Source: Macrostomum hystrix
Taxonomy: Eukaryota; Animalia; Platyhelminthes
Assembly (NCBI GenBank): GCA_950097015.1
Contig: CATNEN010000038.1
Coordinates: 30,318,001 to 30,382,000 of the forward strand
DNA length: 64,000 nt
Direction: 5' to 3'
Shown: positions 36,912 to 50,336 of the stretch, piece by piece
Layout: every line of letters begins with the position of its first letter
Numbering within the stretch: position 1 is the first letter of the stretch
Notes under the pieces: model-generated
The model's input: the letters and a program-made list of their open reading frames with translations, nothing else
Databases searched by the model: none
What the model was told of the DNA's origin: nothing
Position numbers and translations under genes: made by a program

Positions 36912-37880
36912 GATCATAGAGTATATTAGACATGGTCATAGTTTGTTAAACATGGTCATAAAGTTTGTTAGACATGGTCATAGAGTATGTTAAACATGGT
37001 CATAAAGTTTGTTAGACATGGTCATAGAGTATGTTAAACATGGTCATAAAGTTTGTTAGACATGGTCATAGAGTTTGTTAGACATGGTCATAGAGTATGT
37101 TAGACATGGTCATGGAGTATATTAGACATGGTCATAGATTATGTTAGACATGGTCATAAAGTGTGTTAGACATGGTCATGGAGTGTGTTGGACATGGTCA
37201 TAGAGTATTTTAGACATGTTCGTAGAGTTTGTTAGACATGGTCATAAAGTTTGTTAGACATGGTCATGGAGTGTGTTAGACATGGTCATAAAGTGTGTTA
37301 GACATGGTCATAAAGTGTGTTAGACATGGTCATAAAGTGTGTTAGACATGGTCATAAAGTGTGTTAGACATGGTCATAGATTATGTTAGACATGGTCATA
37401 AAGTGTGTTAGACATGGTCATAAAGTGTGTTAGACATGGTCATAAAGTTTGTTAGACATGGTCATGGAGTGTGTTAGACATGGTCATAAAGTGTGTTAGA
37501 CATGGTCATAAAGTGTGTTAGACATGGTCATAAAGTGTGTTAGACATGGTCATAGATTATGTTAGACATGGTCATAAAGTGTGTTAGACATGGTCATAGA
37601 TTATGTTAGACATGGTCATAAAGTGTGTTAGACATGGTCATAAAGTGTGTTAGACATGGTCATAAAGTGTGTTAGACATGGTCATAAAGTATGTTAGACA
37701 TGGTCATAAAGTTTACATTAGACATCTTCATAGAGTCTGTTAGACATTTTTATAGGCTCTGCTAGACATGCTCATGGAATCTGTTAGACATGCTCATGGA
37801 ATCTGTTAGACATGCTCATGGAATCTGTTAGACATGCTCATGGAATCTGTTAGACATGCTCATGGAATCTGTTAGACATG
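36912..37880. repeat. 22-bp minisatellite (TGTTAGACATGGTCATAAAGTG)n downstream of the aminopeptidase gene
   Basis: Tandem periodicity. Confidence 0.96.
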
Positions 37881-38204
37881 ATTTCATTTAGTGAAGTTTT
37901 GTATTTCGCTAGAAAACCTGAAACTGAAACTAAAAATGAAACCTATTTTTGTTTGACTCTGATTCACTGACTGTACATTAACCAATTGATACATGCGAAA
38001 TTCATTTAAATGTTCACTGCAGTCACATCTATAAATATTCACAATGCGCACATGCTTCATGTTTATTTGGCAACAAAGCACGAAGTTTTCGCTATTTGAT
38101 TTGCACTAGTATTAGAAACATTTTATGTATTATTTTTTTATGTACAAGTAGTCAGACAGGTACATCAAAAGTAATAAACAATACATACTAGATTTTCCTG
38201 CGTA

Positions 38205-38528
38205 GGCACTGGGTTGTCTGTTGACATAATAGGCTGTGACTGGACATAGTCGGTTGTCTGTGGGTATAGTGGGTTGTCTGTGGATACGGCGAGTTGTCTG
38301 TGGAAGCAGTGGGTTGTCTGTGGACATAGTGGGTTGTCTGAGGACATAGTGGGTTGTCTGTGAACATTGTGGTTTGTTTGTGGACATAGCAGGTTTATCT
38401 GTGGACACAGTGGATTGTGTGTTGACATGAAGAGCTGCCTGTGGACACAGTGGGTTGTCTGTGAACATAGTGGGTTGTCCGTGGATACAACGAGTTGTCT
38501 CTAGAGGCAGTGGGTTGTCTGTGGACAA
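38205..38528. repeat. Degenerate 20-bp minisatellite (GTGGGTTGTCTGTGGACATA)n
   Basis: Periodic but diverged. Confidence 0.85.
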
Positions 38529-40476
38529 AAATAGGACTTATATCCAATCATAGAGAGTAGCTACGCTTTTTTATTCTAGTTTGGCCTAAAACGTAAAGTG
38601 CTTTTAAAATTCTTAAATTTCTGCCATACTTTGTCGATTGCCGATACCTAATATCTACCTCTTAGAATTCTGTCAGTGAATCGTCACAATTTTTTCAATT
38701 TCACAAACCTCCCTAAGTGTACGAGTAGACGGCAATGTACTTTTGCCCCAGTTTGAGGGTTGCGAAGGCACCCGCTGTTCATGTTTGTGAATTCGTATCA
38801 TTAAATGCAAGTGAAATTATATTTTCTATTGTGTACTTGTACACAAAAAAATTCTTTTTAATAATTTTTTCGTTTACGCGTACAAAGTCCACATGAAAGA
38901 TATTTTAATGCTATCCCTCATGTCAATTTTTAGTAAAATTAAGATCATGTCAAAGCGAAAGAAAGTGTTTTTTATTTTAATAATGCAACACACATTTTTA
39001 CATATTACTACTAGCTGCCTACTGACGAGTAGTGATAATTGTATATGGCTGCTATTTTTTCGAAGCAGTTAAAATGTTATACGAACGTTAAATTTGTTGT
39101 TGTTGTTGCAGTTAAGTGACGTGTATGTTCCAGATGTTCAGTATAAATTTGTAAACTTTTTGTGTTTCATTATTACGACGCACGATTTTAATTAGTTATT
39201 TTTGTACCTATGTCCCTCAACCGCGTATAGTAACTATAGTCGAATGAAAATAATTTACCCATGCTTTGTGTACATGCGATATACTGCATCATGCTTTGTT
39301 TAAACTATAAACAACATTTTTATTCATCTGCTATAATTTTTATGTTTGCTTTACTGCGACTTAATTTGCATTGAAAGCTTTTACTCAAGAAATTGCTGAC
39401 TAAACGGCTAAAAAACATCTAGTACGTCGTATAATAACCTAGAAATAAGCTGATTATGCGATTTTAAATAAACTATTGAACGTCATGGGAAATTTCTATC
39501 CCTTTAACACCATTTTGATGGAAATTCTCATTTTATTATCGCTTAGTTTTGTTTCTATCTTCATTTCTTAAGATTACAAAAAAAATATTTACGAAATTAA
39601 GGATGTTTTGAATTAAAAGGCACTCAACAGGTAATTTTTAACAAACGATGGAGACAGGAAGACGTGCAATAGTAAATATTATATTTTTATTTGTTTATGC
39701 AATACCAATGAACAATTATCTTCGCATGGTTGACGAATTAAATCGACCAATACTTGCAAAACTTACAAAGTTGCATCAATGTATCACATAATTATGCGCT
39801 AATAGTAGATATTCAATATTTAGCAGGTCATGTCACACAGCCAGCTTCGAGTATAAAGACAACAAAGAAACACAAGCAATAGGACAGAAAAACACAAACT
39901 AGATTGGAAATCAGCCTTCGAAACCTGATTAGATCTGGTACATGATGTGTATCCCAATTTTTAGAAGCATTGTACAGAGCCCCGCTTAAGCAGGCTTTGA
40001 AGACCTTGAAGATTTCCGCTTAAGTTTGTGTGTTGCGTCATCCTGGGTTCATTGTGGTGGGTGTTGTTTGAAATTCGCAGATTAATATAGTAAGCAGATT
40101 CATTCATCACGGGGACATCAGAGGTTAGATTTTCTTAGAGCCCATTCCAGATGGACTCATTTTTTCCGATAATTAAACTTAAAATTCTATTTTCCTTATC
40201 ACAGATTGTACATAATCTGAATCTACAGAAATTCTATTTATCATTGTTAAGTATCATGAGTTCATTTATTCGTTTGATTTCTAGTTTCTGAGAAGCTACG
40301 CTCGTAGTAATCAACTAATAGTCCAAAAGTTTCCTCTTTAATTATTGGATGCTAAAAATAGTCACTCGCAAACATCACGTGACATTGAACCTTGAGAGCT
40401 AAAAATAGCATCATTGATTATATAATGAAAGTGAAACTAAATGTGAGGCAATTGAGCGCATACAAAATTTAACCCC

Positions 40477-41307
40477 TTATCCAACTGCCTGATTTAGCTG
40501 AATCTCCATCACGCCACGCCTGAGTTCCTCTTCTAGCGAGTCAATTAGCTGCTGGTCGCGAGCAATCTCATCGCGGATCTTGTCCATCTCTTTGGCCTTC
40601 TTTAAACAGTCCTTCTCGGCCAGAAGAGAGCGCTGCTCAGTCTCCGCCAGCAGCACCTCGAGGCGGTGCGCCTCCTGTTCCAGCTCGTCTTCCCGCTCGA
40701 TCGCTGCTCGCTCCTGCTGCTCCAGAGACTTCAACTGTTTCAGCGTGGCGGCATTCTCTGACTCTAGTTCTTCAACGTCAGCTTCGGCTTTGGTAGCCAG
40801 ATCCAGGGCTCGGTCCAGGGCGGCCTCCGCTGCCTTCAACTTCCTGGTCGCCTCGTCGATGCCCCGCTGCATCTCTTCGGCGCGAATTCTGGACTCTTTT
40901 AGACGCTGCGTCAGTTCTTCTTGACGCTCCTCGCGTTCCACACCGGACTTTTCAGTGTCCAGGCGGAGGCGCTCGGCTGTCTCGGCTCGAGCCGCCTCGT
41001 CAGCAAGGCGAATCTCCACTGAGGCCAGGCGATCGTCGACGACTGACTTGTCGGCTTCGAGTTTTGTCAGACGACGCTGGAGCTCTTCAACTTCGGACTG
41101 ATAGGCTGACGATTTCTCGCGCTCCTCCTTGTTTGAGTAAGGATTGAATAAACTTAGTGGAAAATCAATATGAGTATAGACTTGAGCAGTTTTACTTACC
41201 TTTAATTTTGCTCTTTTCTCGTCCAACTCGTCATTCTTTTGATCTAACTCTTTTCTCATAGCCATCACCTTCTGCTTCAGCTGTTCCAGTCCTTCAAATG
41301 CAGACAT
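40477..41307 (-). CDS. Divergent short tropomyosin-like protein, 2 exons (41307-41200, 41127-40477), about 252 aa
   Basis: LEQLKQKVMAMRKELD, EVEELQRRLTKLEAD, IDEATRKL..ALDRA and LKSLEQQERAAIEREDELE parallel tropomyosin motifs. A 72-nt AT-rich GTAAGT..AAG intron is read through in the ORF track. Confidence 0.85.
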   Translation of the reverse strand: MSAFEGLEQLKQKVMAMRKELDQKNDELDEKRAKLKVSKTAQVYTHIDFPLSLFNPYSNKEEREKSSAYQSEVEELQRRLTKLEADKSVVDDRLASVEIRLADEAARAETAERLRLDTEKSGVEREERQEELTQRLKESRIRAEEMQRGIDEATRKLKAAEAALDRALDLATKAEADVEELESENAATLKQLKSLEQQERAAIEREDELEQEAHRLEVLLAETEQRSLLAEKDCLKKAKEMDKIRDEIARDQQLIDSLEEELRRGVMEIQLNQAVG

Positions 41308-43932
41308 TTCTTGGTTTCGCTGTTTGGTTCTAGAAAACGAAATATCTACTGGTATAGTCCTAATTTATTATGCAGAATAGATCAGCTATGACACTATTGT
41401 TTAAAACAAAATTATTTCTCTAATGTGAATATATGAAATGTCAATATGAATGTCAATGACAACGAGGAATGAAATCAACATGCCATTCTTCAAATTTCGT
41501 GTGTCAATATTCTTCTTCAATCTGAGGTAGACTTCAAAGAGATGCTAAAACGAAAAGCTCTACTATTGTTACCTATATAGCAGGATTAATTTTACTATTC
41601 TACCACGCCCCAGATTTGTACAGAGCTAGCCAAAATCTGCAACTATAAGCTATGCACCGCTTCACATTCATTCATGCGTTCCACATTCCACTCTTCTCTC
41701 CTTCCGCTAATTGTACGCGCTAGCTTTCCGTGGGGTAAGAGGTCCAGCCTGCACAGAGAATGCACATTCTTATGAGGAAAGTGTACATATATCAGGTTGA
41801 GCATTTTCTAAAGAGTAGGTGCTGCGCGTAAGTCTCTGGCGCCCTTTGAGGTTGTGCAGGTTTTGAGTGTGTTATGAGGGCTGGCTCGGTCAGCACCTCT
41901 GTCTCAGGCCCCGGGCCCTATCCTCTCTAGGCTTCGGGGGGGGCTATCACTTCTCTAGCCCATTGTTTTTTGAAGAATTTTCTGTATGCCAGCGACAATA
42001 AGCGAAGCACATTGCATTCCTATTTTAGCGTCTACCTATTACCAACCTACCTGTATATTGGTAAGCCATTGTGAAAGAGTTTGTCACACTTGTCAAGCCT
42101 CTCTCCGTGGCTTTCTCTTTGTTTGACAATGAATTTGCGCCAGCCCGCAAGTCATTCACACATAAAAGCAGAGTCGTATAATTTATTACGTCGAAGTATT
42201 TGAGACTGTCGTTTACTGAAACTGAGACTGTTTCTATAAAATGACAAAATAGTATGCCGTGTTTTAAGTTTTAAGAATTTTAGTCTGACTTGGGGCTTCT
42301 AGAAATTTCAGAATTACACGCTCGCGCAGCATGTACGCAGAATGAAGAATTGTGAACGAAATTTCGAGTTTAAGCTGAAAATCGTTTCATAAACTTATAT
42401 AGATGAATACTTGAATATAAATTTTCTTAGTTCAAATAAATGCAATTAATAATGAATTACTTCTCAGAAAATTTGTAGCTTTTCATTTTCTTTTGAAATG
42501 TTTCTTTGCAGTAAAATTCTGAAAATTACGAAGTATTTTTTAAATTTGTTTAGTCTTTGAGGTCCAGTTTTTGTCCTATATGGTCATCTGGATGTATATA
42601 AAATGTGGAAGGGGGCTTAAATTTGCTAGTCCTATATACTAAAACTCAAAATCGCCTACTTAAAGTAGTTCTTAAAGGTAAAATGCAAATTTAACAGTGC
42701 GAAGAGTTTTAATAACAGAATTCAACTACTAATTATATCTAATATACGAGCTATATGTAGCTAGCTTAACTCAATTATTCTTTTCTGTGTATAGAATATC
42801 TATAAGTGCAAAGAATGAGAGACAGTAAGGGTAGCGAATTTTGTAGACAGGTAGAGATCAGCCTGTCAGCTAAATGCTCTGTCACCTTTCTTTTCTTGAG
42901 GGGGCCACTTCAGCAAACAGAAACTCATTAGAAATGCCCAGCATGGTGTCGGCATCCAATTACTTCCATTATCGCAGCTCTACCTCTCGCCGCACGCTAC
43001 CACGCTGTGAATTTACTTATGCAGATTCTGAAAGAGCGTCGTAACTGTTTAAAAGGGCCAATCGAGCTTCGTGATAGAAAGTTTCATGTGCATAAATTTC
43101 TAGATTGCCGTTCAAGATTGAATCGATCTATTGCTATGCTAACCTTGGCTTGAGGCAGGTGAGTATAGTACAATATATTGCACAATATATTTTAAAAGTA
43201 GGAATAAAATTTGCTGGGTTTTATCGAAGACAGATAAAACTAGTGAGAATTACACTTTAGCTTCAGGGCAGAAAAATCCTTATAATGTTCTTTTGAGATT
43301 GATTAAAAACTATTTTTAGTTCATTATAAGAAATTCGAGCCGATCCTAAGCGGGCACGCAGGCACACACAAAAGGGAACGGTAATTTGGCGTTTGGAAAC
43401 TTGAATGAAAAGCATAGAAAAACTAGAAAGCTGGAACTCTCTGGTCTCGGACTTAGCGGAGCACTGTTATAGCTCGTATTTATATAGTGCAGACAAAGAA
43501 GGGGTAGCAGACGCATCACGTGGTTTCTATTGATAGAAACTGACGTCATATAATCAGGGCAGCAGACCTATAACCAGGAGTCTGTTGCTAAAAATAGAAA
43601 CTTATGTCACGAATAGCGGATCCTAGGAGATATAGGAGAGTGAATCATTGGACAGGCAGATTTTACTAAAAATAGACATGAGTCATAAGTACAAGTAAAC
43701 AGGCAGTGTCCTCTAAGGATCACGTGAGGCAGGCACAGGCATACAAAAATGGACCCTCACTACCACGCAAGGTGAGAGTGCCTTCGGCGTGGATACAACA
43801 ATTGTGCCGAGGCAAGACCTGAAAGGGAGCGGACAATAACATCCCTAACGTAGATTAAAAGGTCGACTCACCGCATAACTAATTACATGTATACACCAGT
43901 TACAGCTTTTGAATACCTAGGGATAATAGATA

Positions 43933-45199
43933 ATGGACGCAACTGAGAGTCACCATTCCGATGAGGACACCCTGGCTCCAATGATGGCGCCCACACAGCG
44001 CGGTAACAGAGGCGCAAATCAGCAGCAGCAGCAGCAGCCGCAATCGCAACAAAATTCAAAGGTAACAAATAACCAAATAAAAATCATTTTTTTAGCCTCA
44101 AACATAGCATTTTCAATATTGCAAATATTTGTTTAGCAACCAATCGGAGGACGCCGAGGCACTCTACTAGCTGCTGCTCAGAGCTTGCTGCCTAGCAACC
44201 ATCCACGCAAATCGATCTCACTAGCTGGCAACCAGCGGGGCCTATCGCTGCTCCAGATGCAGTCTCGCAAGCCTGAGCGGCTTGAGAACACCTATCGGCT
44301 TCTGCCAAAGCCTGAGGAACGATTCAGTCGAGCTCAGGTGCAGCCGCTGATGCTGGAGGCTATGGAAGACCTCCTGGATGGGGTCGTCTATGATTCAGCT
44401 CGAGCTGGTAATTCAGCTGCTTTAGCACCCTTCCCGGTTTCAAGAAATTCAGCCTTTATTCAGGTGTAGCAATTTAGGAGGTGACTGTGGCCCCCACTAC
44501 CCCCTAGTCCACGGACTGAACAACTGTAAAATGGGTTGTAGCCTTGTGGTTAGAGCGTCGGAATAACGACAGGAAGGTTGGGGGTTCGATTCCTGACTCT
44601 ATTAGAACAATGTGTGTCAATTAGCAAGACAATTAACTCTGCATTGCTTCAGTTCACTCAGCTGTCAAATTGGTACCAGCATTAGCTGGGGTAATTGAGG
44701 GTGGGTGTGGCGTCCCACCAGTCCATGGACTGAACAGCCGTACGCAGCCTTCGTTGCGCAGCCCAATAGCTGCGGCAGTGTTGTCGACCGCACATCTGTT
44801 CCAATCGGGGCAGGTGGAATCAATTATTATTATGCTGGCATTTTTCTAGAGTCATTCTGAATGCATCGGAAACTGGCCAGCACAAATAACTCACTCCTCG
44901 CATGTTTAGGCCATCTAACCTGCGATCTGGCCCAAGCCGTTCGGGACAGAGTTAAAGAGGCCGGCTATCATCGCTACAAGCTTGTCGTGACTGTGTGCCT
45001 CTTTCAGCTAGCCGGCTCTCAGAAAAACAAATCGAATTCTCAAGAATCGGCGCCCCAAGAGGCAGCCGCCTCATCAGCCGCCGCGGTGGCATCCCGGGCT
45101 GTCTGGTCCGCGGACTGTGGCGACTGTTTTGTCGAGTGCCGGCGCAGCGGCGGCGGTGTCTCCGCTGTAGCGACACTCCACGCGCTCTACTTTGAGTAG
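43933..45199 (+). CDS. Tctex-1 domain dynein light chain (TCTEX1D/DYNLT-like), 3 exons, about 229 aa
   Basis: Exons 43933-44061, 44137-44407 and 44910-45199 are phase-consistent. Motifs LENTYRLLP..ERF, LAQAVRDRVKEAGYHRYKLVVTV, ASRAVW..D and C-terminal ALYFE. Confidence 0.9.
44533..44820 (+). mobile_element. tRNA-derived SINE family B (CORE-like body) in a Tctex gene intron
   Basis: Box A-like TAGCCTTGTGG and box B GTTCGATTCC (44584-44593). Body AGCAAGACAATTAACTCT..CACTCAGCTGT..TGGTACC. Palindrome CAGTCCATGGACTG. Confidence 0.8.
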
Positions 45200-45398
45200 A
45201 CAGTGCAGGAGTTTCTTCAATGAAGACAAAATATTAGATTTTTAAACTCGTTTTTTTAATATACGAAACTGAGTCTTTGCCTAAATGAAGATTCATAATT
45301 TAATAATGGGCAGATTTTTTAACCTCAGTAAACAGTTTTGTATTTAAATATCAAGAAACATTCTGTAGTATATACTATTAAAATACCATTTCTGCGAT

Positions 45399-47990
45399 AG
45401 TTCATGTGTTGGTTAGTGTGTTCATGTGTTGGTTAGTGTGTTCATGTGTTGGTTAGTGAGTTCATGTGTTGGTTAGTGTGTTCATGTGTTGGTTAGTGAG
45501 TTCATGTGTTGGTTAGTGAGTTCATGTGTTGGTTAGTGAGTTCATGTGTTGGTTAGTGTGTTCATGTGTTGGTTAGTGAGTTCATGTGTTGGTTAGTGTG
45601 TTCATGTGTTGGTTAGTGAGTTCATGTGTTGGTTAGTGAGTTCATGTGTTGGTTAGTGAGTTCATGTGTTGGTTAGTGAGTTCATGTGTTGGTTAGTGTG
45701 TTCATGTGTTGGTTAGTGAGTTCATGTGTTGGTTAGTGAGTTCATGTGTTGGTTAGTGAGTTCATGTATTGGTTAGTGTGTTCATGTGTTGGTTAGTGAG
45801 TTCATGTGTTGGTTAGTGTGTTCATGTGTTGGTTAGTGAGTTCATGTGTTGGTTAGTGAGTTCATGTGTTGGTTAGTGAGTTCATGTGTTGGTTAGTGTG
45901 TTCATGTGTTGGTTAGTGAGTTCATGTGTTGGTTAGTGAGTTCATGTGTTGGTTAGTGTGTTCATGTGTTGGTTAGTGAGTTCATGTGTTAGTGAGTTCA
46001 TGTATTGGTTAGTGAGTTCATGTGTTGGTTAGTGAGTTCATGTGTTGGTTAGTGAGTTTATTTGTTGGTTAGTGAGTTCATGTGTTGGTTAGTGAGTTCA
46101 TGTATTGGTTAGTGAGTTCGTGTATTGGTTAGTGAGTTCATGTGTTGGTTAGTGAGTTCATGTGTTGGTTAGTGAGTTCATGTGTTGGTTAGTGAGTTCA
46201 TGTATTGGTTAGTGAGTTCATGTATTGGTTAGTGAGTTCATGTGTTGGTTAGTGAGTTCATGTGTTGGTTAGTGAGTTCATGTATTGGTTAGTGAGTTCA
46301 TGTGTTGGTTAGTGAGTTCATGTGTTGGTTAGTGAGTTTATTTGTTGGTTAGTGTGTTCATGTGTTGGTTAGTGAGTTTATTTGTTGGTTAGTGTGTTCA
46401 TGTGTTGGTTAGTGAGTTCATGTATTGGTTAGTGAGTTCATGTGTTGGTTAGTGAGTTCATGTATTGGTTAGTGAGTTCATGTGTTGGTTAGTGAGTTTA
46501 TTTGTTGGTTAGTGAGTTCATGTGTTGGTTAGTGAGTTCATGTATTGGTTAGTGAGTTCATGTGTTGGTTAGTGAGTTCATGTATTGGTTAGTGAGTTCA
46601 TGTGTTGGTTAGTGAGTTCATGTGTTGGTTAGTGAGTTCATGTGTTGGTTAGTGAGTTCATGTGTTGGTTAGTGAGTTTATTTGTTGGTTAGTGAGTTCA
46701 TGTGTTGGTTAGTGAGTTCATGTGTTGGTTAGTGAGTTCATGTGTTGGTTAGTGAGTTCATGTGTTGGTTAGTGAGTTTATTTGTTGGTTAGTGTGTTCA
46801 TGTGTTGGTTAGTGAGTTCATGTGTTGGTTAGTGAGTTTATTTGTTGGTTAGTGTGTTCATGTGTTGGTTAGTGAGTTCATGTGTTGGTTAGTGAGTTTA
46901 TTTGTTGGTTTGTGTGTTCATGTGTTGGTTAGTGAGTTCATGTATTGGTTAGTGAGTTCATGTGTTGGTTAGTGAGTTCATGTATTGGTTAGTGAGTTCA
47001 TGTGTTGGTTAGTGAGTTTATTTGTTGGTTAGTGAGTTCATGTGTTGGTTAGTGAGTTCATGTATTGGTTAGTGAGTTCATGTGTTGGTTAGTGAGTTCA
47101 TGTGTTGGTTAGTGAGTTCATGTGTTGGTTAGTGAGTTCATGTATTGGTTAGTGAGTTCATGTATTGGTTAGTGAGTTCATGTGTTGGTTAGTGAGTTCA
47201 TGTATTGGTTAGTGAGTTCATGTGTTGGTTAGTGAGTTCATGTATTGGTTAGTGAGTTCATGTATTGGTTAGTGAGTTCATGTATTGGTTAGTGAGTTCA
47301 TGTGTTGGTTAGTGAGTTCATGTGTTGGTTAGTGAGTTTATTTGTTGGTTAGTGTGTTCATGTGTTGGTTAGTGAGTTCATGTGTTGGTTAGTGAGTTCA
47401 TGTATTGGTTAGTGAGTTCATGTATTGGTTAGTGAGTTCATGTATTGGTTAGTGAGTTCATGTGTTGGTTAGTGAGTTCATGTATTGGTTAGTGAGTTCA
47501 TGTGTTGGTTAGTGAGTTTATTTGTTGGTTAGTGAGTTCATGTGTTGGTTAGTGAGTTCATGTATTGGTTAGTGAGTTCATGTGTTGGTTAGTGAGTTCA
47601 TGTATTGGTTAGTGAGTTCATGTGTTGGTTAGTGAGTTCATGTATTGGTTAGTGAGTTCATGTATTGGTTAGTGAGTTCATGTATTGGTTAGTGAGTTCA
47701 TGTGTTGGTTAGTGAGTTCATGTGTTGGTTAGTGAGTTCATGTATTGGTTAGTGAGTTTATGTGTTGGTTAGTGAGTTCATGTGTTGGTTAGTGAGTTCA
47801 TGTGTTGGTTAGTGAGTTCATGTATTGGTTAGTGAGTTCATGTATTGGTTAGTGAGTTCATGTGTTGGTTAGTGAGTTCATGTGTTGGTTAGTAAGTTCA
47901 TGTGTTGGTTAGTGAGTTCATGTATTGGTTAGTGAGTTCATGTATTGGTTAGTGAGTTCATGTGTTGGTTAGTGAGTTCATGTGTTGGTT
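45399..47990. repeat. 20-bp minisatellite (TTCATGTGTTGGTTAGTGAG)n, about 130 units
   Basis: Tandem periodicity. Confidence 0.98.
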
Positions 47991-48497
47991 ATGTCATATC
48001 ATGTGTTTTTGCACATTTCTATATGCAACTAACTGTAAATTATGAACAATCTTTGAGTCTTTGTGTCTTTGAGTAACTTTCGTTGCCAAACCAATAGGCT
48101 AGGAAAGTTATAGACAAGCAAAACTTTTTAAGCCGAGTTTAAGAATTTTGTGTAGACATAAAAGGTGTACTCAGCTAAATACAGACGACTGCTCAATTGT
48201 GAACAGGTTGGGCAGGTTAAATTGATGCAGCGAAGCTTAAAAGAAACTGCTTCTTTTGCTCTTTTATGTTTTTTTCCTTTTCACTAAACATTAGGCTGCA
48301 CATTGTGATGTTGTCTGTTAAATGTTGTTTTATGCTTTTCTCATTGCTCTCTCTTGTCTGCATCGCTAAGATGTATTTAAACTGACACAGCCCCCTCTTT
48401 TGCACCATTCCTGTTGCCCGTTTGTTATAGCTAGAAATTGATAGAAAGTTTTTCAAAGAAATCCAGTAAACAGGTGACATTTTTAGACAAAGTCACA

Positions 48498-50336
48498 ATG
48501 CCTCAGGATTCAACTGTGGAGAGGCTGCCAAGACTGCACGCTGAAATGTTACACATGGACAGTATGAGATCGCGTGAGTAATATAGGAAATTGATGGCTT
48601 TTGAATCCAAATAGCCATCTCCACAAACATCTCATCTTACAATCTCAAGAATCTCACCTGAAAACATGATAATCTCACCTAAAATCATGATAATCTCACC
48701 TAAAACCATGATAATCTCACCTAAAATCATGGTAATCTCACCTGAAATCATGGTAATCACACCTAAAATCATGGTAATATCACCTAAAATCATGGTAATC
48801 TCACCTAAAATCATGGTAATCTCACCTAAAATCGTGGTAATATCACCTAAAATCATGGTAATCTCACCTAAAATCATGGTAATCTCACCTAAAATCATGG
48901 TAATCTCACTTAAAATCATGGTAATATCACCTAAAATCATGATAATCTCACCTAAAATCATGGTAATCTCACCTAAAATCATGGTAATCTCATTTAAAAT
49001 CATGGTAATCTCACCTAAAATCATGGTAATCTCACCTAAAATCTGAATAACCTTACCCTAGAGTGGAAGATCTTACCCCAAAATCATTTTAACCACCCTA
49101 AAACTGTTATTAATCTCGCCTTACAACCCTTCTCGCCTAAATCTCAACTTACAAGCCTAGCCATGATGGTTTTACCCTTACAGCATCCCCACAAGAAATC
49201 TCATTGAACCGGTAATTCGCTCTCAACAATGGCAGGCACAAAGCGAATCAGGACGGAGTTTTTTCAACGTCGCAACGATCCAAGCGACGACGCTCAAGCC
49301 GGCAAGCCGCAGTCGACAGCGCCCAGCTACGGCAGCATCAGCCAGAGGGAGCGTCGCTTTCTAAAGCCGTCGCACATTCAGCAGCCGGATCCGTGCCTCG
49401 GCGACTTGAAGTATTACACGGAGGTGACGATTCGCCCGCCGAAGAAAGAATTTCAATTCAATGCGCTCAATAGAAACACTGTGCTAGCTCCGCAATGGAA
49501 CACGCCAAGACCTAACAGTGGCCTGTACAGCACCACCGAGCTGCCAAAATGGGAGGCCCAGGTGCTGAAGTGAGTTGTTTTTGTTTTCAATTTGCAACTC
49601 TTAAAAATAGCATCTGGTGACACCAGCAAGGATCGGCAATTCCGCCCATTTCGAGAGCACATTTCGCGACTCGTGAGCACACCCACACACAGGTGTGTAC
49701 ACTCTCACTGAGAGAGGCAAACGTGTTAGACCGCTCTGCTAGGCCTGGTGTTAGTTCTGACTATGGTCAATACGAGGAATACCGTTGGTTCTGCCGAGGC
49801 GCTGACGGGCCGGCAACGAAGCTTCCGCGCTGTCTGCAGTTCGTCTACCTGAGGCCCTGCCTGAATGCCACTGGGCGGCGCTGTTCCAGGAGGTGGTCGA
49901 GACCGCGTTCTGCTTTGACAGGACACTCGAACAGTCAGTCAACGCAACCTTTAAGATCAGTGACGAGCGTATCACATTAACACGTCACTCTATTTTATAT
50001 CGCTAAATGAATCATTTTTTCCTGATCGAAAAGCGAAAACTTACGAATGTTAATTAACGAACTTACCTGCTGACACAGCAGCCACTTGGCCAATCATCCC
50101 AACGCAGAGCTCCGCAGGAAGTCCAGAGCTACAGTCGGCAGATGCGCGTCACCACACCGCGGGTCAGCGGCACCAACTCGGACGACTGGAATGCCACAAT
50201 GAGAACAATGTTCCGGCCCGTGGACAGGTTCGATGTGCCAGCCAGAGAGTACTATGTTGACCCCGAGTGGGTCAGCGAGGATGTACGGATCGCGAAGGCC
50301 AGGGCTGAGCGGTTCCTTCAGGCCAGGGCGGTTTGA
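48498..50336 (+). CDS. Uncharacterised protein, 4 predicted exons, about 294 aa
   Basis: Phase-consistent exons 48498-48573, 49236-49569, 49743-49959 (donor uncertain) and 50079-50336. GC-rich coding-like islands with GTGAGT donors. No recognisable domain. Confidence 0.6.
48640..49045. repeat. 21-bp minisatellite (AATCTCACCTAAAATCATGGT)n
   Basis: Tandem periodicity within intron 1 of the uncharacterised gene. Confidence 0.96.
49611..49712 (-). mobile_element. SINE family A 3' fragment in an intron
   Basis: The reverse complement matches CAGTGAGAGTGTACAC..GTGCTCA..CGAAATGGGC..GTGTCACCA. Confidence 0.7.

Noticed and set aside
44533-44600. tRNA gene
   Set aside because: It is a SINE head followed by a CORE-like body.
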